The translations under genes and the position numbers were made by a program. Below the pieces are notes generated by a model. It ran no database searches. It saw only the letters and a list, made by a program, of their open reading frames with translations, and was not told where the DNA came from. A stretch of DNA of 62,484 bases, the filler included, from Dugesia japonica (taxonomy: Eukaryota): the NCBI GenBank assembly GCA_001938525.1. It is 6 parts of 6 records of this genome, joined end to end, with 100 filler letters (N's around TTAATTAATTAA, not from the genome) between each part and the next. Parts side by side here need not be neighbours in the genome. Positions count along the whole stretch, not along the records: positions 29,410 to 44,112 come from MQRL01354703.1; positions 44,213 to 53,479 come from MQRL01621434.1; 4 more parts are not named here. One strand, given 5' to 3'. Shown one piece after another: positions 39,701 to 52,200 of the stretch (the first letter of the stretch is position 1; each line of letters opens with the position of its first letter).

Positions 39701-40774
39701 ATTTTCATTTTAAATAAAGATACCGATAGTGTGATTTCACTAAAAGAAATACGATTTTTATTTTTATTTTCAAAATTCACTAAATAATCCAAATGGAAGA
39801 TAATAATTTATTTCTGAAAAAATATAAATGATTATTATAATTATTTGTTCGGATGCTGACATTTCGTTCTCAATATAAACAACGGAAAAGAAAGTATTGA
39901 TTATAAATAAAAATCTTAAAAATAAGTGACAATTTCGTGTTTTGCTTGGTGAAAAAATTAATATTTGTGAATATTTGAGAAAAAAATTAAGAAAATAATT
40001 ATCTTAATAATAATGAATCTTCATGTACAATATTTACTAGCTAGAATAACACTTATATGGCCAAGAATCCAATTAAAATTCACCAGTTTCATTGTAATTT
40101 GTCTTAAAATTACTAATTGTATTTTCAAAAAAATCTTCGTATATTTTTCATTCACAAGCCTTTGAATCACATTCATTTTGAAATCAAGAATATGTAAATG
40201 ACAACAAACGGAACTTCATATACTTTTTCAATCACTTTTAATTGGTATTTATCAATGATTATGATTATTGATTTGAAGGTTATTTTTATACTAAACATGT
40301 TAAAAAAACATCTTCAGAAAGGTATTTAAAAATATTTCAATACAAAACAACACAATTTTAGAATAATAATAGATTTATAAATTTACTTTGACTTACATTT
40401 TATTTCATTATCTAAAATGAGTTTCAAATCAACAGTGCCATTATTCTTCATATTGATAATCTAAAATTATTAATTAATTAATTTGATAATGTACAGATGA
40501 ATTTAATAATTAGAAATAACCTTGTTTAATCCTTCTTGAAAATCAGAACTGTTTAACTTGATTAGCAAATCTATGGTTTGATTGATTCTGTTCTAAAATA
40601 TAAAAAATATAATTTATTATAAAATTAAATTAGAAATAAGTAGAAATATTTAATTCAACAACTTTATAATCAAAGATAATAAAGAAACAAATACACAAAA
40701 TCAGTAAATAAAAACTTAAATTTTTTTGTTAAATATCAATATTTTTTTCAATTGCATTTATTATAATAATAATA

Positions 40775-40822
<48 letters not shown>

Positions 40823-43502
40823 ATTATTACTAAATTTCTAATTTGTTTTAAAAAAAAGTTTAGTGTATAGGTTATAACTCACTTCTTCAACATTTTTAAT
40901 AGTTAGACCGTCAACCTTCTTTTTAGCTTCTGAACATGCAGTTGTATCGCACTTAGTTAGTTTTTTTAATATATTGTTTTTTATTGTGATTAGTTCTTGA
41001 TTGAGATCATTTAACTGTGGGTTAAGACCTCTTAGAAATTTCTGATCAGCAATGATTTCATTTTTATCGANAGCTACAAGTAAAAAAAATATCAAAAATA
41101 ATAAAATATTAAATAGGAAAATTTTTACAATTGCAATTATTGCGATAATAATTTTTAGACTTAACCATTGATCGTATTTGACATTTCATTAAATTAAAAG
41201 ATTTGATCAAAATATTTTATTTTTTTTAATATGTATTTTATTTATTTTAGTTCTTGATAGTATTTCTAATTTTCGACTTTGTCTTCGTCAGGATTTGACT
41301 TTCAAAAAATATATAATTTTTATCGAGATTTAAAAATTTACCAGAAAAAATATGGTTCGAGTTATGGTTTTGGTTTGGATTAAGGGTTGATTACATTATT
41401 ATCCTTGATTTTCTATAATGTTGATGGCAGTGAATTTGGTGCAAAATCGCATTTTTCTCAATTTGGCGTGGATTAAAAATGCACCCAAAATATATAAAGA
41501 TTTTGTTTTTAAAAGAAGTTATAAATGGTTTGTGGTTTACTTTATCTTTATATGTTTACATCAATGTAAAAAAATCTGCTAAAATAGAATTTTTTGTCAA
41601 ATAAATCACATCCTTGTTTTTTGCAATATTATAAAATAATTTTATCACAAAAATTTCGAATCCTTTTAGACAGAACCTAAAACTGTCCATTTTTAACAGA
41701 AATAAGATATATATAAGACGTTACTTGTGCATTTATAACTAATTGTTTGAAACAAAACTTTAGCCTAAGTAAATACATAAAGAAAAAATCACAAATTGAT
41801 TTTAAAATTTTACGAAGAACAAATAAGTTAACAAATATTGTTAGCAAAATTGAATTTGGAAGAAATTCTAAGGAGAAAATTTGAAGTTTTACTATAGTTT
41901 TAATAATTGACATCTAGAATTTTCATATCTATATTTTATATTTATTATTTTTCTAGTTGTTTTTTTTAATATAGATTTTTTTGGTTTTTTTTTTAAATAT
42001 ATGTTTTTAAAATTCATCTATTAAATAATATCACCTAACAAACAGAATACAATATTTTATAATGAAAGTAAGGTTATAACATATAATTAATACAAAATTT
42101 ATATTATATTATATTATATATATATATATAGACCGATGAAAGAAAATTTGAATATACAATTACTTAGATTTTGGTAACGCAAGTTTAGATAAAGCAGTTT
42201 TTAAATGTTTAAAAATTATAACAAGCATTATTAGAATTTATATTTATGAAATATCAATTCTCGGCAAAAAGTATTATTTCACTAAATCAATTAATTTAAA
42301 ATAAAATAAATAAATAAAATAAATTCAAATTAAAACATAAAAAAATTCTAATTTATACAAACAATTTAAGAATAAAATGAAGAATAAAAACTAATGTCAA
42401 TTTGATAAATGCCTAATGAATATGATCAAATTAAAGTTGTCAAATATCTCGTTCAATTAATAATCTAAATTGTAAACAAATTAATCTTGACTAAATTTGA
42501 TGAGAATTAAAAATTTGAGAAAATATTTTTTAGGTTAAAAACGAAGAATCACATTATTGCGACAATTAATGAAATGTTTTCAAAATGGAATTGGGCATAG
42601 ATAAATTTTTAACATAAAAATTATTAAATTGCCTTTTAATTTTAGTGTATATTACTGGTACTTATAACTGGTTTCGATGATAAATCACATCCCATTACAG
42701 TACAACGCCCTATGTAAAATATAGAAATAAGAAATGGTCGCATTTGAATGTGAAAATTTGATTCGTATGGTACAAAAAATTTATCCAATTTCATTAAAAT
42801 TACAATAAAAAATCCTGGTTCTAGAATAAATTTTTAGGCAAATAAAAATCACTTGACTTCAATAATAGAAGATGAAAATAAAAGATCTTGATAAAATAAT
42901 TACTAAAAACTCAATTTGTATTTAAAAAATAGATGACATTTTCTGAATTTTTTTAATTTTTAGGGAAAACATGTGAAATATTTTTCAGTTTTTTGAGAGA
43001 AATATTTGAAAATCTCTGTAAGAAAATATTAAAAACCCAAGATAATAAAATATTTATTGGGTACTAAACAATTAATTAATTTTATCAACTTTGTTTTAGT
43101 AATAGAAATTTTCGAATAAAAGTTTAAATGTAGTTATGAAAAGAACTACTAGTGATTCAAGAATTTTAATAAAATTTTTAATTTTAAACAACTATCATCA
43201 TTCAGATAGTAAAAATGTATTTTGAGAATATTTGAATTGTTTTTAATATGAAACAATAGCTATTTCTAGTAGTTGTATCAAAATATAATATTATTAAGCA
43301 TGACTCATTTCGAATAGCGACTGCGGAAACCAATTTGTTGGTTGATATATATACAATAAAAATATGTACAATAATTAAATTGAATTTAATGAAAAGAAAT
43401 AATATAAATTATAAATACCTTGTTTTACCATTTTTGATTGTTCAATAATATTTATCACTTCGGACACATTCATTAGATTATCGAAAAACTTTCTGATAGC
43501 AT
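30781..43502 (-). CDS. Prominin-family membrane glycoprotein, seven internal exons
   Basis: Exons 43502-43419, 41073-40883, 40592-40521, 40460-40397, 35835-35508, 33854-33731 and 30948-30781, all GT-AG with matching phases (1,0,0,1,2,0). Peptide includes RYYVYIGLSVAIVLIIIFNFLGLLYGNCG...GCFNRGVGANCLMT|SIVFAFLFSS...QTDFCRY, the prominin TM - Cys-rich loop - TM signature. Confidence 0.88.
31133..31176 (-). ncRNA. Minimal hammerhead ribozyme in a Penelope-type terminal repeat
   Basis: Minus strand CUGACGA-A-GAC-AAG-GUC-GAAA, then UAUCG...CAAUA-UC forming an imperfect stem III and an AUC cleavage triplet. Confidence 0.7.
31860..32896 (+). mobile_element. mariner element, decayed
   Basis: SEHLR*ILLFAFN...DICAVYSEDAI (N-terminal HTH), LLQHDNAHPH and C-terminal YSRGIEKLVERSRQFVNSVGEYIFD*. 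Left boundary approximate. Confidence 0.8.
34154..35007 (-). mobile_element. mariner element with internal deletions, in a prominin intron
   Basis: 29-bp TIRs TTAA(T/G)GGTGCAGAAAAGT(T/A)ATGAGAAAAA with TA TSD; motifs LLSVWWDFK, FYCGQLD and HPPYSPDIAPSDYYFF. Confidence 0.9.
36162..37110. mobile_element. Non-autonomous pogo/Tigger-type TIR element
   Basis: 22-bp TIRs CAGTGGAACCTCT(G/C)AAAAGTGA with TA TSD; subterminal AAAGTGACCAC repeats; contains a nested PLE terminal-repeat remnant at ~36590-36780. Confidence 0.85.
41125..41305 (-). ncRNA. PLE terminal-repeat copy with an intact hammerhead core
   Basis: Minus strand CUGACGA-A-GAC-AAA-GUC-GAAA at 41291-41271, plus family motifs TTAACCATTGATCG and TTTGATCAAAA. 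Stem III is degenerate. Confidence 0.6.
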
Positions 43503-44112
43503 CTATAATTAATTCAAATACACGAATTTATATTTCAGTTAAAAATAGATATAATATCAAATATTCTCAAATAAACAAATGAAATATTTTCAGTTTTTTC
43601 ATATAGACAATTTTCAGCATATCAAATTTTAATCCACCAATGGATTATGAAAGTATTTTTCAAAAATATTTCAGGACTGAAAAGTTGAACAATATATATT
43701 AATAAAATTTATAATATTATTTTTAAAATTTTTAAACCTAGAAAAATCAAAAAATCTAATTTTTTTTATCAAGTATTTTTTCAAATTTTAAATTTCAAAA
43801 ATAATTCCAAAATAATTTGATAATATATAATATAATATATATTGAGATTTTTTTCAAAAAATCCAAATTTTATTGGAGTTTTGAGTAATTAAATACAGAA
43901 AAGCGAAAAATATAAATATTTTTTTTAAATTTGAATTGAAAATTAAAATTCATGAAAGTAAACTAAAATGATTTTCAAATTCTGTCCGTTTTTGATTAAT
44001 AATTCTGATAAATTAAATAAATATTAATTGAAATCAATATGGAAATTTGAAATATTAATTTTCTTATCTTGATTTTCATCAGATATAATTACTAGAAATT
44101 ATATTGATTTCT

Positions 44113-44212
44113 NNNNNNNNNNNNNNNNNNNNNNNNNNNNNNNNNNNNNNNNNNNNTTAATTAATTAANNNNNNNNNNNNNNNNNNNNNNNNNNNNNNNN
44201 NNNNNNNNNNNN
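44113..44212. other. Artificial contig-joining spacer
   Basis: 44N-TTAATTAATTAA-44N. Confidence 0.95.
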
Positions 44213-44359
44213 TTCATCAAAAAAAAATAATTTAAATCAATAATTTAAAACCAAAATAAAGATTAACAAAAAATGAAATTTAAAATAATTAAATTAAAAC
44301 AAAAAAAATTAATACAATGAAACAAAAAATATTAAACCTGTCTGGGACATTTTAATATT

Positions 44360-44652
44360 AAGTCTGCCCGAATGATAGTTGACATTGACCTACAAATGGT
44401 TGTCATGAAAATGACCTTGACTAACTTTCAGTTAACCTTGAGCTACATACATTCAACCTGGAAATATTCCATTAATCTGAATCGAGTATACTAGATCACT
44501 TTGACCTTGAGTATTCAACCTTGAACTATTTCACCCAATCAGAATGAAGTATACTAGATCACGGTCAATCATGATCTTATACTAGATCATTGACCTTGAA
44601 CAAATTTGACCTTGACGGGGGGTCCGATCCAATGCGCTACTATCTATCTACT
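44360..44652 (-). mobile_element. Polinton-type terminus with TGACCTTGA-rich subterminal repeats
   Basis: Ends GCGCTACTATCTATCTACT (minus strand AGTAGATAGATAGTAGCGC); homologous to 1693-1978. Confidence 0.6.
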
Positions 44653-45309
44653 TATAATTTTGCAGCAGCACATTGGGATAAAAATTTTTATTTTATTTTA
44701 TTTCTTTTATTAAAATCAATCGAACAATCTTCCATTTAAGAAAATGTTTCAAAATATATATTGGACACAAACCAAAATAAGGACTTCATTTAACTACAAT
44801 CTTTTACAAGAATTACAGATTACTAACAAAATATTATTTAATATTATGTTATTCTTCCAACAACAACAGAATCCTATTCGTCAATGTAAAATAGGTTTGT
44901 CCTGGTTCACCTCAGAATTTATGGAAATTAGTTGTAAGTCTCATGGAGATAATACTGTCCGTTTACTTTGTGATTGATTTTTCAGTTTTAAGTTTGGTAT
45001 GAATTTATTTTTAAAAGTTAATACTAAAATTTTCTTTGAATTTCTATTTGTAACGAATAATTAAACTATCTACAGCAGTGGTTTCCAAAGTGGAGCTTGA
45101 GGTTCACTTAGGAAAATTTGAAAATGAATTGATTTTAAAGTTTAATGTTTTTTTATAACCTCTCATTTGTTACTAAAGTTGTGTAAGCCTCAAATATAAT
45201 AACTTTCACGTCATGTTACATAGTAGCTTTGTAGATAGACAACATAGACAAATTATTTCTTAAAAGTCTACTTTATTTGTGCGTGGTATCTTCCAAAAGG
45301 TTAAAATTA

Positions 45310-45800
45310 CACTGTGTTTTCCATGTTATATGATATTGTTCAAGTGAAATTTTATTTTTATGTTGAAAGGGTTTGAAGACTTCACTTTCTTTTACTTGGA
45401 ATGTTTTTTAATTCTTGTTCGGATGGTTCTGCATGTTTTATCTCTAAATCTATTTTTACAAGCGGTAAATGTTATTACATGTTATTACATTTTTCTTATA
45501 AAAATGCATTTTACCACAATTTTATTGGTCTTGGTTTCTGTAATTGGATGCTCAAATTGCTTACGTTTAAAATATTACTTTGGGATGATGTTTGATGTTT
45601 GATTTTTCATAATATTTTGCCTGATTTGGCTATATTTCTCTTTAATAAAATGTAATTTAATTACTGTGGATATTTAAGGTTTGATTTTATTGAATTTTTT
45701 ATTTGAAGATAAAAACATTTTGATATAATTTGATTTCAATAAACTCGTAACTATTCTTTAACTGAGCCATAATGAAACTTAAGTGTTTTTAATAAAGTTT
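45310..45800 (-). mobile_element. Penelope-like 3' fragment (GIY-YIG), possibly nested in a hAT-type element starting CAGTGGTTTCCAAAGT at 45076
   Basis: Minus strand DKTCRTIRTRIKKH; colinear with 60600-61000 (shared CTTGGTTTCTGTAATTGGATGCT). Confidence 0.7.
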
Positions 45801-46095
45801 GTACAGTGAAGTTGAATGGGTGTCAGAGGCGCTATTTTGTGATCTTTGAAAACAANNNNNNNNNNNNAAAAATATAAATAAAAAACAACATTTTGATCAA
45901 AGCTTTTTAATTTATTGAAACTTTAATAATGGAAAACAAGTTTATAAACTAAAATTATGAAATTTCACGATATTATATCAAATTGTTTTAAATATTAGTA
46001 AATGTAGGCTATATCTAAAAATGTGAACATTTTAAAATAATTAAAATTAAACGTATTTGTTTAATTAATTCAAAAGATAAACATAACAATAAATC

Positions 46096-47277
46096 TGTAT
46101 TATAAAAAAATAATCGCTATAAATATTTTTATACCTCAATGACTTTCTTTATTGTTTCAATATGTGCATCCCATGCTTCACCCATAGAAATAATTGTGAA
46201 TTTTGGTAGCTCACCTTTTAGAAATGTTATCATTTAATCAATGTGTTTAAAATATGTACGACCTTTATTCATTCTTTTAAAAAGATAATTGTCACAAATA
46301 CTTACATCTGGTGAATAGGCAGGTTGACGAAGAAGTTTTACGTTTTTAGAATTCAATAGTGTAGTGAGTAATATGTGATCAAGCGATGTCATGAATAAGA
46401 TACCTATTTTGTTAGAGAAAACTTCGATCTCCTTTTTAAAAGAAATTGGATATATCTCTCAGCATTGATATTTTTATTACGTTCTAATATTTCAAATAAA
46501 TAGTAACCCCTTTGTGAAATAGTAATAATGGTCAGGTACTTCTTTACTATCGTTGATCTGACAGACGTCTGAGAAGGACCATATCCACTAGCAACAGCTT
46601 CTTAAGTTAACGATGTACCAATTTTGTTAGCTGTTTAAATTCTTAGGCAATAAAAAATACTTTTCATCAACAGTTACAAGATTTGGTCTACACAGAAACT
46701 TTTGTAAGAAATCAATTAATTCATTAAATCAATCAATACATAGATTTAAGCCTTGTTTCCATCTGTAAGAACATAAGGTACTCATTTATGTGATACTATA
46801 GAACCTCTAGATCTTCTTGAATTACACATTGAACCATCAAACCGGTAATTTGCAAATAATAGGATATTTCGTCAATAGTCATATTACCACATTCTTTCAT
46901 ACACTTTTTAATATTATCAATGTTAAGTAAACTTTGCTTGCTTTTCCTTCTTCCACTTCTTTTCTGGCTCTGAAATTTTGTCTTTCTCTAGTACAAAATT
47001 GTCTCATATGTCTTCTTATTTGAATAACACTTATATATTCCTGTGACCATGCTTTATGAAAGATCTCATAAACCTCACAAGGCTTCATGTTGTTACGTCT
47101 AAGTGTTTCAATTAAGAAATAAATTTATCTTTTGTGCATTCCATAATAATTTGAAATTAATTTATAAAACATAGATTTAAAGTTACACTTACTTATTTAA
47201 TTAATTGAACACAATTTTAAATTAATATTTATAAATATTTAAAATTTATAAACGATTATTTTTTCAATGTAACCTGT
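46096..47277 (-). mobile_element. Near full-length mariner element, defective
   Basis: MKPCEVYEIF N-terminus, VTVDEKYFY, LIHDIA*SH and QPAYSPDVSICDNYLF. Right TIR (reverse complement) TA-CAGGTTACATTGAAAAATAATCG; degenerate left TIR AAAAAATAATCGCTATAAA. Confidence 0.85.
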
Positions 47278-47374
47278 ATNNNNNNNNNNNNNNNNNNNNN
47301 NNNNNNNNNNNNNNNNNNNNNNNNNNNNNNNNNNNNNNNNNNNNNNNNNNNNNNNNNNNNNNNNNNNNNNNNNN

Positions 47375-49133
47375 ATAGATAGTGGCGGACTGAGCCACCT
47401 TGTGTTCAAATCTTCCTATGGTGTGTAAAAATTATTACATAACTGGCTCCGACTTTTCTAATGTAAATAGGCGACGACACAGATTTGGGTGTGTGAAAAA
47501 AATATGAGTAGTGAAAATTTTGGTTGTTTTAAAAAAATTGTAAATTTTGAATAGAATTAAGAAATTAAAGACCGATAGTAAGANNNNNNNNNNNNNNNNN
47601 NNNNNNNNNNNNNNNNNNNNNNNNNNNNNNNNNTTTTTTTAATTGCTTTGTAATTGTATTCAATCTTATTAAATTGTAAATTTATCTGTAAAATTTTTTA
47701 TTATATTTTCGAAACCTTGTACATTTAATTGAACTTAATAAATCTTTTATAAATAGTTCTATTTATTATGTTCAATGAAAATTTAGGAAATTCTGAGGTA
47801 TGTATGCCCCACAGTGTGCATTGCGTAATTATAACATAGTGGCTCAATATTTAGGCTTTATAGGCGACGAGTAAATTTATGTGTAGAAATTATGATTATT
47901 TGTAAATCGGCTTGAGATATATAAATTTATTTAATCATTAAAATTCTAACTAATTGTTCATGAACCTATTATTATTAATAAAATATTATACCAACATGAA
48001 TTAATTAATTAATTACGCATCCACAAGATTTTTAACCATGTTTTTAAACTTTTCTTAGTTAAAATATATTTGTTGATTTTAGGTGATGTTTTTCTTGATC
48101 AGTGAAAGTTTCTCCATAGATGAATGTATGTTTCGCTACGATTTAAGAAGAAAAATATTCAAAACTTGTCGAAGATTTTCAGGTTTATTCAATTTTCCTC
48201 AGACACAGACAGAATTTGATGATTTTTAATTAGGTGATTCGTGATTAACATAAAATTCTCTATCAATCAGATACCTTAATTTTTAAAATTTGAGTAACGT
48301 TCTTATATTTTTCCGAAAAAATTTACCAAATTCGGGCGGACAGCCGTATATTAAGAAGCACTTTTCTGAGAAAATAATTTTATTTTTTTAGTCAGTATTT
48401 CTTCCAGAGTTAAATTATACCAAATTTGAAGATGTGTGTTTTGTACGCTGAGAAAATTGAGCTATAATATTCAAAATTTGAGATTTTTTTGAAAAAACCT
48501 CATTTATTTCAACCAAGATAAACTTTGGTGATTTTTAACTATAACCATGATGATCAGCAAAACTTTCTCTATTGAATAGACATGTTGTTTTTATGTAAAG
48601 CTGAGAAATAAGTTTTTTGAAAAAATTATTATTTTTTGAAAATTGATCTCCATCGATTGATGTAAATATCTCGACAAAAGCTTTTTTTAAAATTTTTAAA
48701 ACGTAGGATTTTCACCAGGATTCCTATAAAAATTTGATTTAAAAAATTTNAACATATAAACAAATTTGGTTATTCACTTAAATTACCCTAAAATTTCACT
48801 AAAACATTTTTCTCAACTAAAAATCTTGAAAAATATTATTGCTGAAAAAGCCTTGAAAATATTATGGCTTAAAAAGCTTAAAATTTGAAAGATTTCTGTA
48901 AAATATTCAAAAATGCAAACAAAAATTTTCATCAAACGTAAAATTAGCTCGCCACTTAAAAAGCTTGAAAAATTCTTTCTCATTTAACAATATCGCAGAC
49001 AATTACGTAATGCACACAAATGTGTACCGCCGCTTATATGGGTTGAAAATTTGAAACTCTTTATGTAATAATTTTTACCGTAAAGGGGAGACGTTGCACA
49101 CTTGGTGAGCTAGTGCGCTACTATCAATTCACT
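47375..49133. mobile_element. Non-autonomous TIR element with Polinton-like GATAGT termini and a nested insertion
   Basis: Left GATAGTGGCGGACT...GTAAAAATTATTACATAA; right (reverse complement) AGTGAATTGATAGTAGCGCACT...GTAAAAATTATTACATAA. The left tip is lost in a gap. Confidence 0.6.
47810..49024. mobile_element. Non-coding CAC...GTG element (Transib/Chapaev-like termini)
   Basis: Left CACAGTGTGCATTGCGTAATT; right (reverse complement) CACATTTGTGTGCATTACGTAATT. Confidence 0.55.
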
Positions 49134-49663
49134 TACATTTATTACTGTGTTTACTGGAGGATATTGATATTTCATAGGCAGTGTTTAAATTAAACACGTT
49201 ATTGTGTATATATTGGATATTTAAAAATACATCATGTTGATTTATAGTTTTTTAATAAATGTATACCATATTTCCGGATAGAAGTAGTATTTATTTTAAA
49301 AATAAAGTTATTTCACTAATAGTTGTTTTATTATAAAATGATTGTTGTTAGCAGTATTTATTACAACCGACATAAAAATTATGGATCAGACGTAATGTTT
49401 TCTTCAAAGCGAATCTCAATGTACGATTGAATCTCTCTACATGTGCCGCCTTATATTGAGAGAATGCAGATTAATGGTTAATTTTTAGATTCATTTATCA
49501 TTCGTTTTTTTCCATTATTTAATTAAACTTTTTTAGTTACTTACAATATTCCTAACATATTTAGACCTAAATTTTAAATTACTTTTAAGTTAATTAGCTA
49601 AATTTTAAGTTAANNNNNNNNNNNNNNNNNNNNNNNNNNNNNNNNNNNNNNNNNNNNNNNNNN

Positions 49664-49820
49664 TTTCATTAAAATAAGAAAAAGCTTCGATCAAAATAAA
49701 ATTTATTTGAACCTTTTTACAAAAAAATTTTATTTTGATCAAAGCTTTTTCTTATTTTAATGAAATCTCAAATGCAATCAATGGTTAAGTCGAATAATTA
49801 TTCTCACAATAATTGTAATT
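49664..49820. repeat. Second fold-back palindrome of the PLE terminal-repeat family
   Basis: ~40-bp arms TTTCATTAAAATAAGAAAAGCTTCGATCAAAATAAAATTT (49664-49765), followed by ATCAATGGTTAAGTC. Confidence 0.75.
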
Positions 49821-50229
49821 ATAAATTTTTCTATTTTATAAAATCCTATTTTATCAATCATAAGTATAATTTCTTTTAATTTTTAATTATAGTCTTAATA
49901 ACTTTGAAATTGTTAAATATATTTAATAATTTAACCACAAATAACGCATTTGGATAGATAATGCAGCATTACACTTTGCCTGGACGGTTCTCTCCATGGT
50001 CAGTCACTTTTGGCTAACAAACGTATTTTCACCTGGCCAACTTACCTGGACTAATTTTACGAAACAAAAAAGATTAAATTAATTTATTCAATAAAAACTA
50101 TTAATGTTATACAGTTTAAAAATGAATTATAAATAACGAAAATAGAACAATTAAATAAAAATTTCATGGAAAAGGGCTTTAATATATTAAAACTCTACTT
50201 ATAAGAAAATATTTACCATTTCAATTTCT

Positions 50230-50646
50230 GTTGGTGGATAATGTTAAAAGGATTACATTTAATCAAAGATTGATAAAACATATGGATTAATGAGACAAAA
50301 GTATTTTCGAAGTGATATCATTGCAACTCAAGTAAATATTGAATTCATTGATGTTAAGAAGACAATAATTAACTATCATCAGCAATTGNNNNNNNNNNNN
50401 NNNNNNNNNNNNNNNNNNNNNNNNNNNNNNNNNNNNNNNNNNNNNNNNNNNNNNNNNNNNNNNNNNNNNNNNNNNNNNNNNNNNNNNNNNNNNNNNNNNN
50501 NNNNNNNNNNNNNNNNNNNNNNNNNNNNNNNNNNNNGTATAAGCAATATTTAAATTAATGTTCGTGATGATTCTGGAAAATTAATCACTTTTTCCAAAGA
50601 CTTCAAAACTCATTTAACTTTACATAGTCATAAATGCCTAATTTAG
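50230..50646 (+). pseudogene. Polinton minor capsid (penton) remnant
   Basis: C-terminus ISNI*INVRDDSGKLITFSKDFKTHLTLHSHK matches the IxIxIRDxxGxxIxF...LTLH penton end. Left boundary approximate. Confidence 0.7.
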
Positions 50647-50669
50647 TTCGGTCACTAGTAAAGTTGGGT

Positions 50670-50895
50670 AGGAGAATCACATTACTTTGTAGGAAAGTAG
50701 TATGGATCTAGTTGGTTACAAAAATCTGGTAGATTTACACGTTTTACTCTTAAACGAATTGGGTCAATTTGTATAAAAACAGCTCAGGATCTTATATCAA
50801 ATAATGCAGACGCTTTGTCTTCATTAATATTAAATGCATTTAATGAACTAAATAAGGCAGTATCTTATTTACCTTCTGTAGTATTAAACATGTAA
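50670..50895 (+). pseudogene. Polinton small virion protein remnant (pVI/cement-like, amphipathic)
   Basis: HYFVGK*YGSSWLQKSGRFTRFTLKRIGSICIKTAQDLI resembles the FxGxQxGxG...LKxxG...TAxD ORF found between penton and MCP. Confidence 0.55.
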
Positions 50896-51039
50896 TGAAA
50901 TNNNNNNNNNNNNNNNNNNNNNNNNNNNNNNNNNNNNNNNNNNNNNNNNNNNNNNNNNNNNNNNNNNNNNNNNNNNNNNNNNNNNNNNNNNNNNNNNNNN
51001 NNNNNNNNNNNNNNNNNNNNNCGAATAAAAGGATATAAA

Positions 51040-52000
51040 ACCATATTTGAAAATTGATTTCTGGAAATACTGAATTTTGTATTTTTGGTCGTCTTTCCTC
51101 CTAAGCAGTTATTGAATGTATGAATCAATGTATGAATCGAGAAGTAATGTAGAGTTTTTATAAATGGATTGGAAACAGAATATTGGGATTTGAATGATAC
51201 TTTACTTTATATGCAATTAAAGTGGTTGAAAAATTTGTGATTTTGTTGAAAATTTAAATGAAGTACCCAGTTTAACTTGTTATTTGAAAATTTAATTCTT
51301 TCATTAAATAATGTCAAAGTAGAAGGTAGTAAAGTAACTTATTTTCGAAAAGCCTTCGTGGAAAATTTACTATATCCTTAAAATCATTGTCTCTTTGTGA
51401 TTTCTTGCAAATTTAATATCATTTAGTAACTGAAATATTTTCTTCCTGCTGTTAATGTCGTCCACTGTTCAATGACAAGAACATGTCCAAAAAAGTTTCA
51501 AGAATATGTAAATGATGAACCCAGATTTATATTTTAAAATGCAAAATTAATGTTTAGACATAAGAGCAAATCTTCTGTATTAATTGGTCACTAAATTGGA
51601 TTAAATACTCAAAATAAATTTTATCCAATAAAAATCCAAGAAATTGTAGTTTATGCAATTTGTAAAGATAGTACATAACTTAATGAAGAACAAATCTTTA
51701 GTGATCACCGACTACCCAACTCTATTCTATTAACATTTCAAGGTAGAAATCATTTTAATGATGATTTTAAAACTACTAGTCAAACAAATATTCATTCTTT
51801 ACATTTCTTTACATGCAACNNNNNNNNNNNNNNNNNNNNNNNNNNNNNNNNNNNNNNNNNNNNNNNNNNNNNNNNNNNNNNNNNNNNNNNNNNNNNNNNN
51901 NNNNNNNNNNNNNNNNNNNNNNNNNNNNNNNNNNNNNNNNNNNNNNNNNNNNNNNNNNNNNNNNNNNNNNTTTAAGAAGTATGACTTGATAATCGTTGTT
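51040..52000 (+). pseudogene. Polinton major capsid protein remnant
   Basis: FGRLSS*AVIE, NGLETEYWDLNDTLLYMQL, LILSLNNVKVEGSKVTYFRKAFVENLLY, NAKLMFRH...VLIGH*IGLNTQNKFYPI and QIFSDHRLPNSILLTFQGRNHFN occur in MCP order, with frameshifts and stops. Confidence 0.8.
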
Positions 52001-52009
52001 CTATTCAGA

Positions 52010-52200
52010 TTATTGAAATTAGATTAAAATTGCTCGAATCAGAGTTTTTTAGTGTATGCTCATTGGATGAGTTTACATTCATACCAGTTAATAAATATAC
52101 AATNNNNNNNNNNNNNNNNNNNNNNNNNNNNNNNNNNNNNNNNATAGCAGTTTACAAAAAGGCTGTAAATATACTGGTATTTGAACCTTATTGATATTAT
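52010..52200 (+). pseudogene. Polinton adenain-like cysteine protease remnant
   Basis: EFFSVCSLDE (FxGVxxxD-like), then after an N gap IAVYKKAVNILVFEPY* (HWxA...YFDSYG-like). The catalytic His would fall in the gap. Confidence 0.5.

Noticed and set aside
42165-42230. Possible extra prominin exon
   Set aside because: A donor-like site is present but there is no AG acceptor, and the flanking exons already join in phase.
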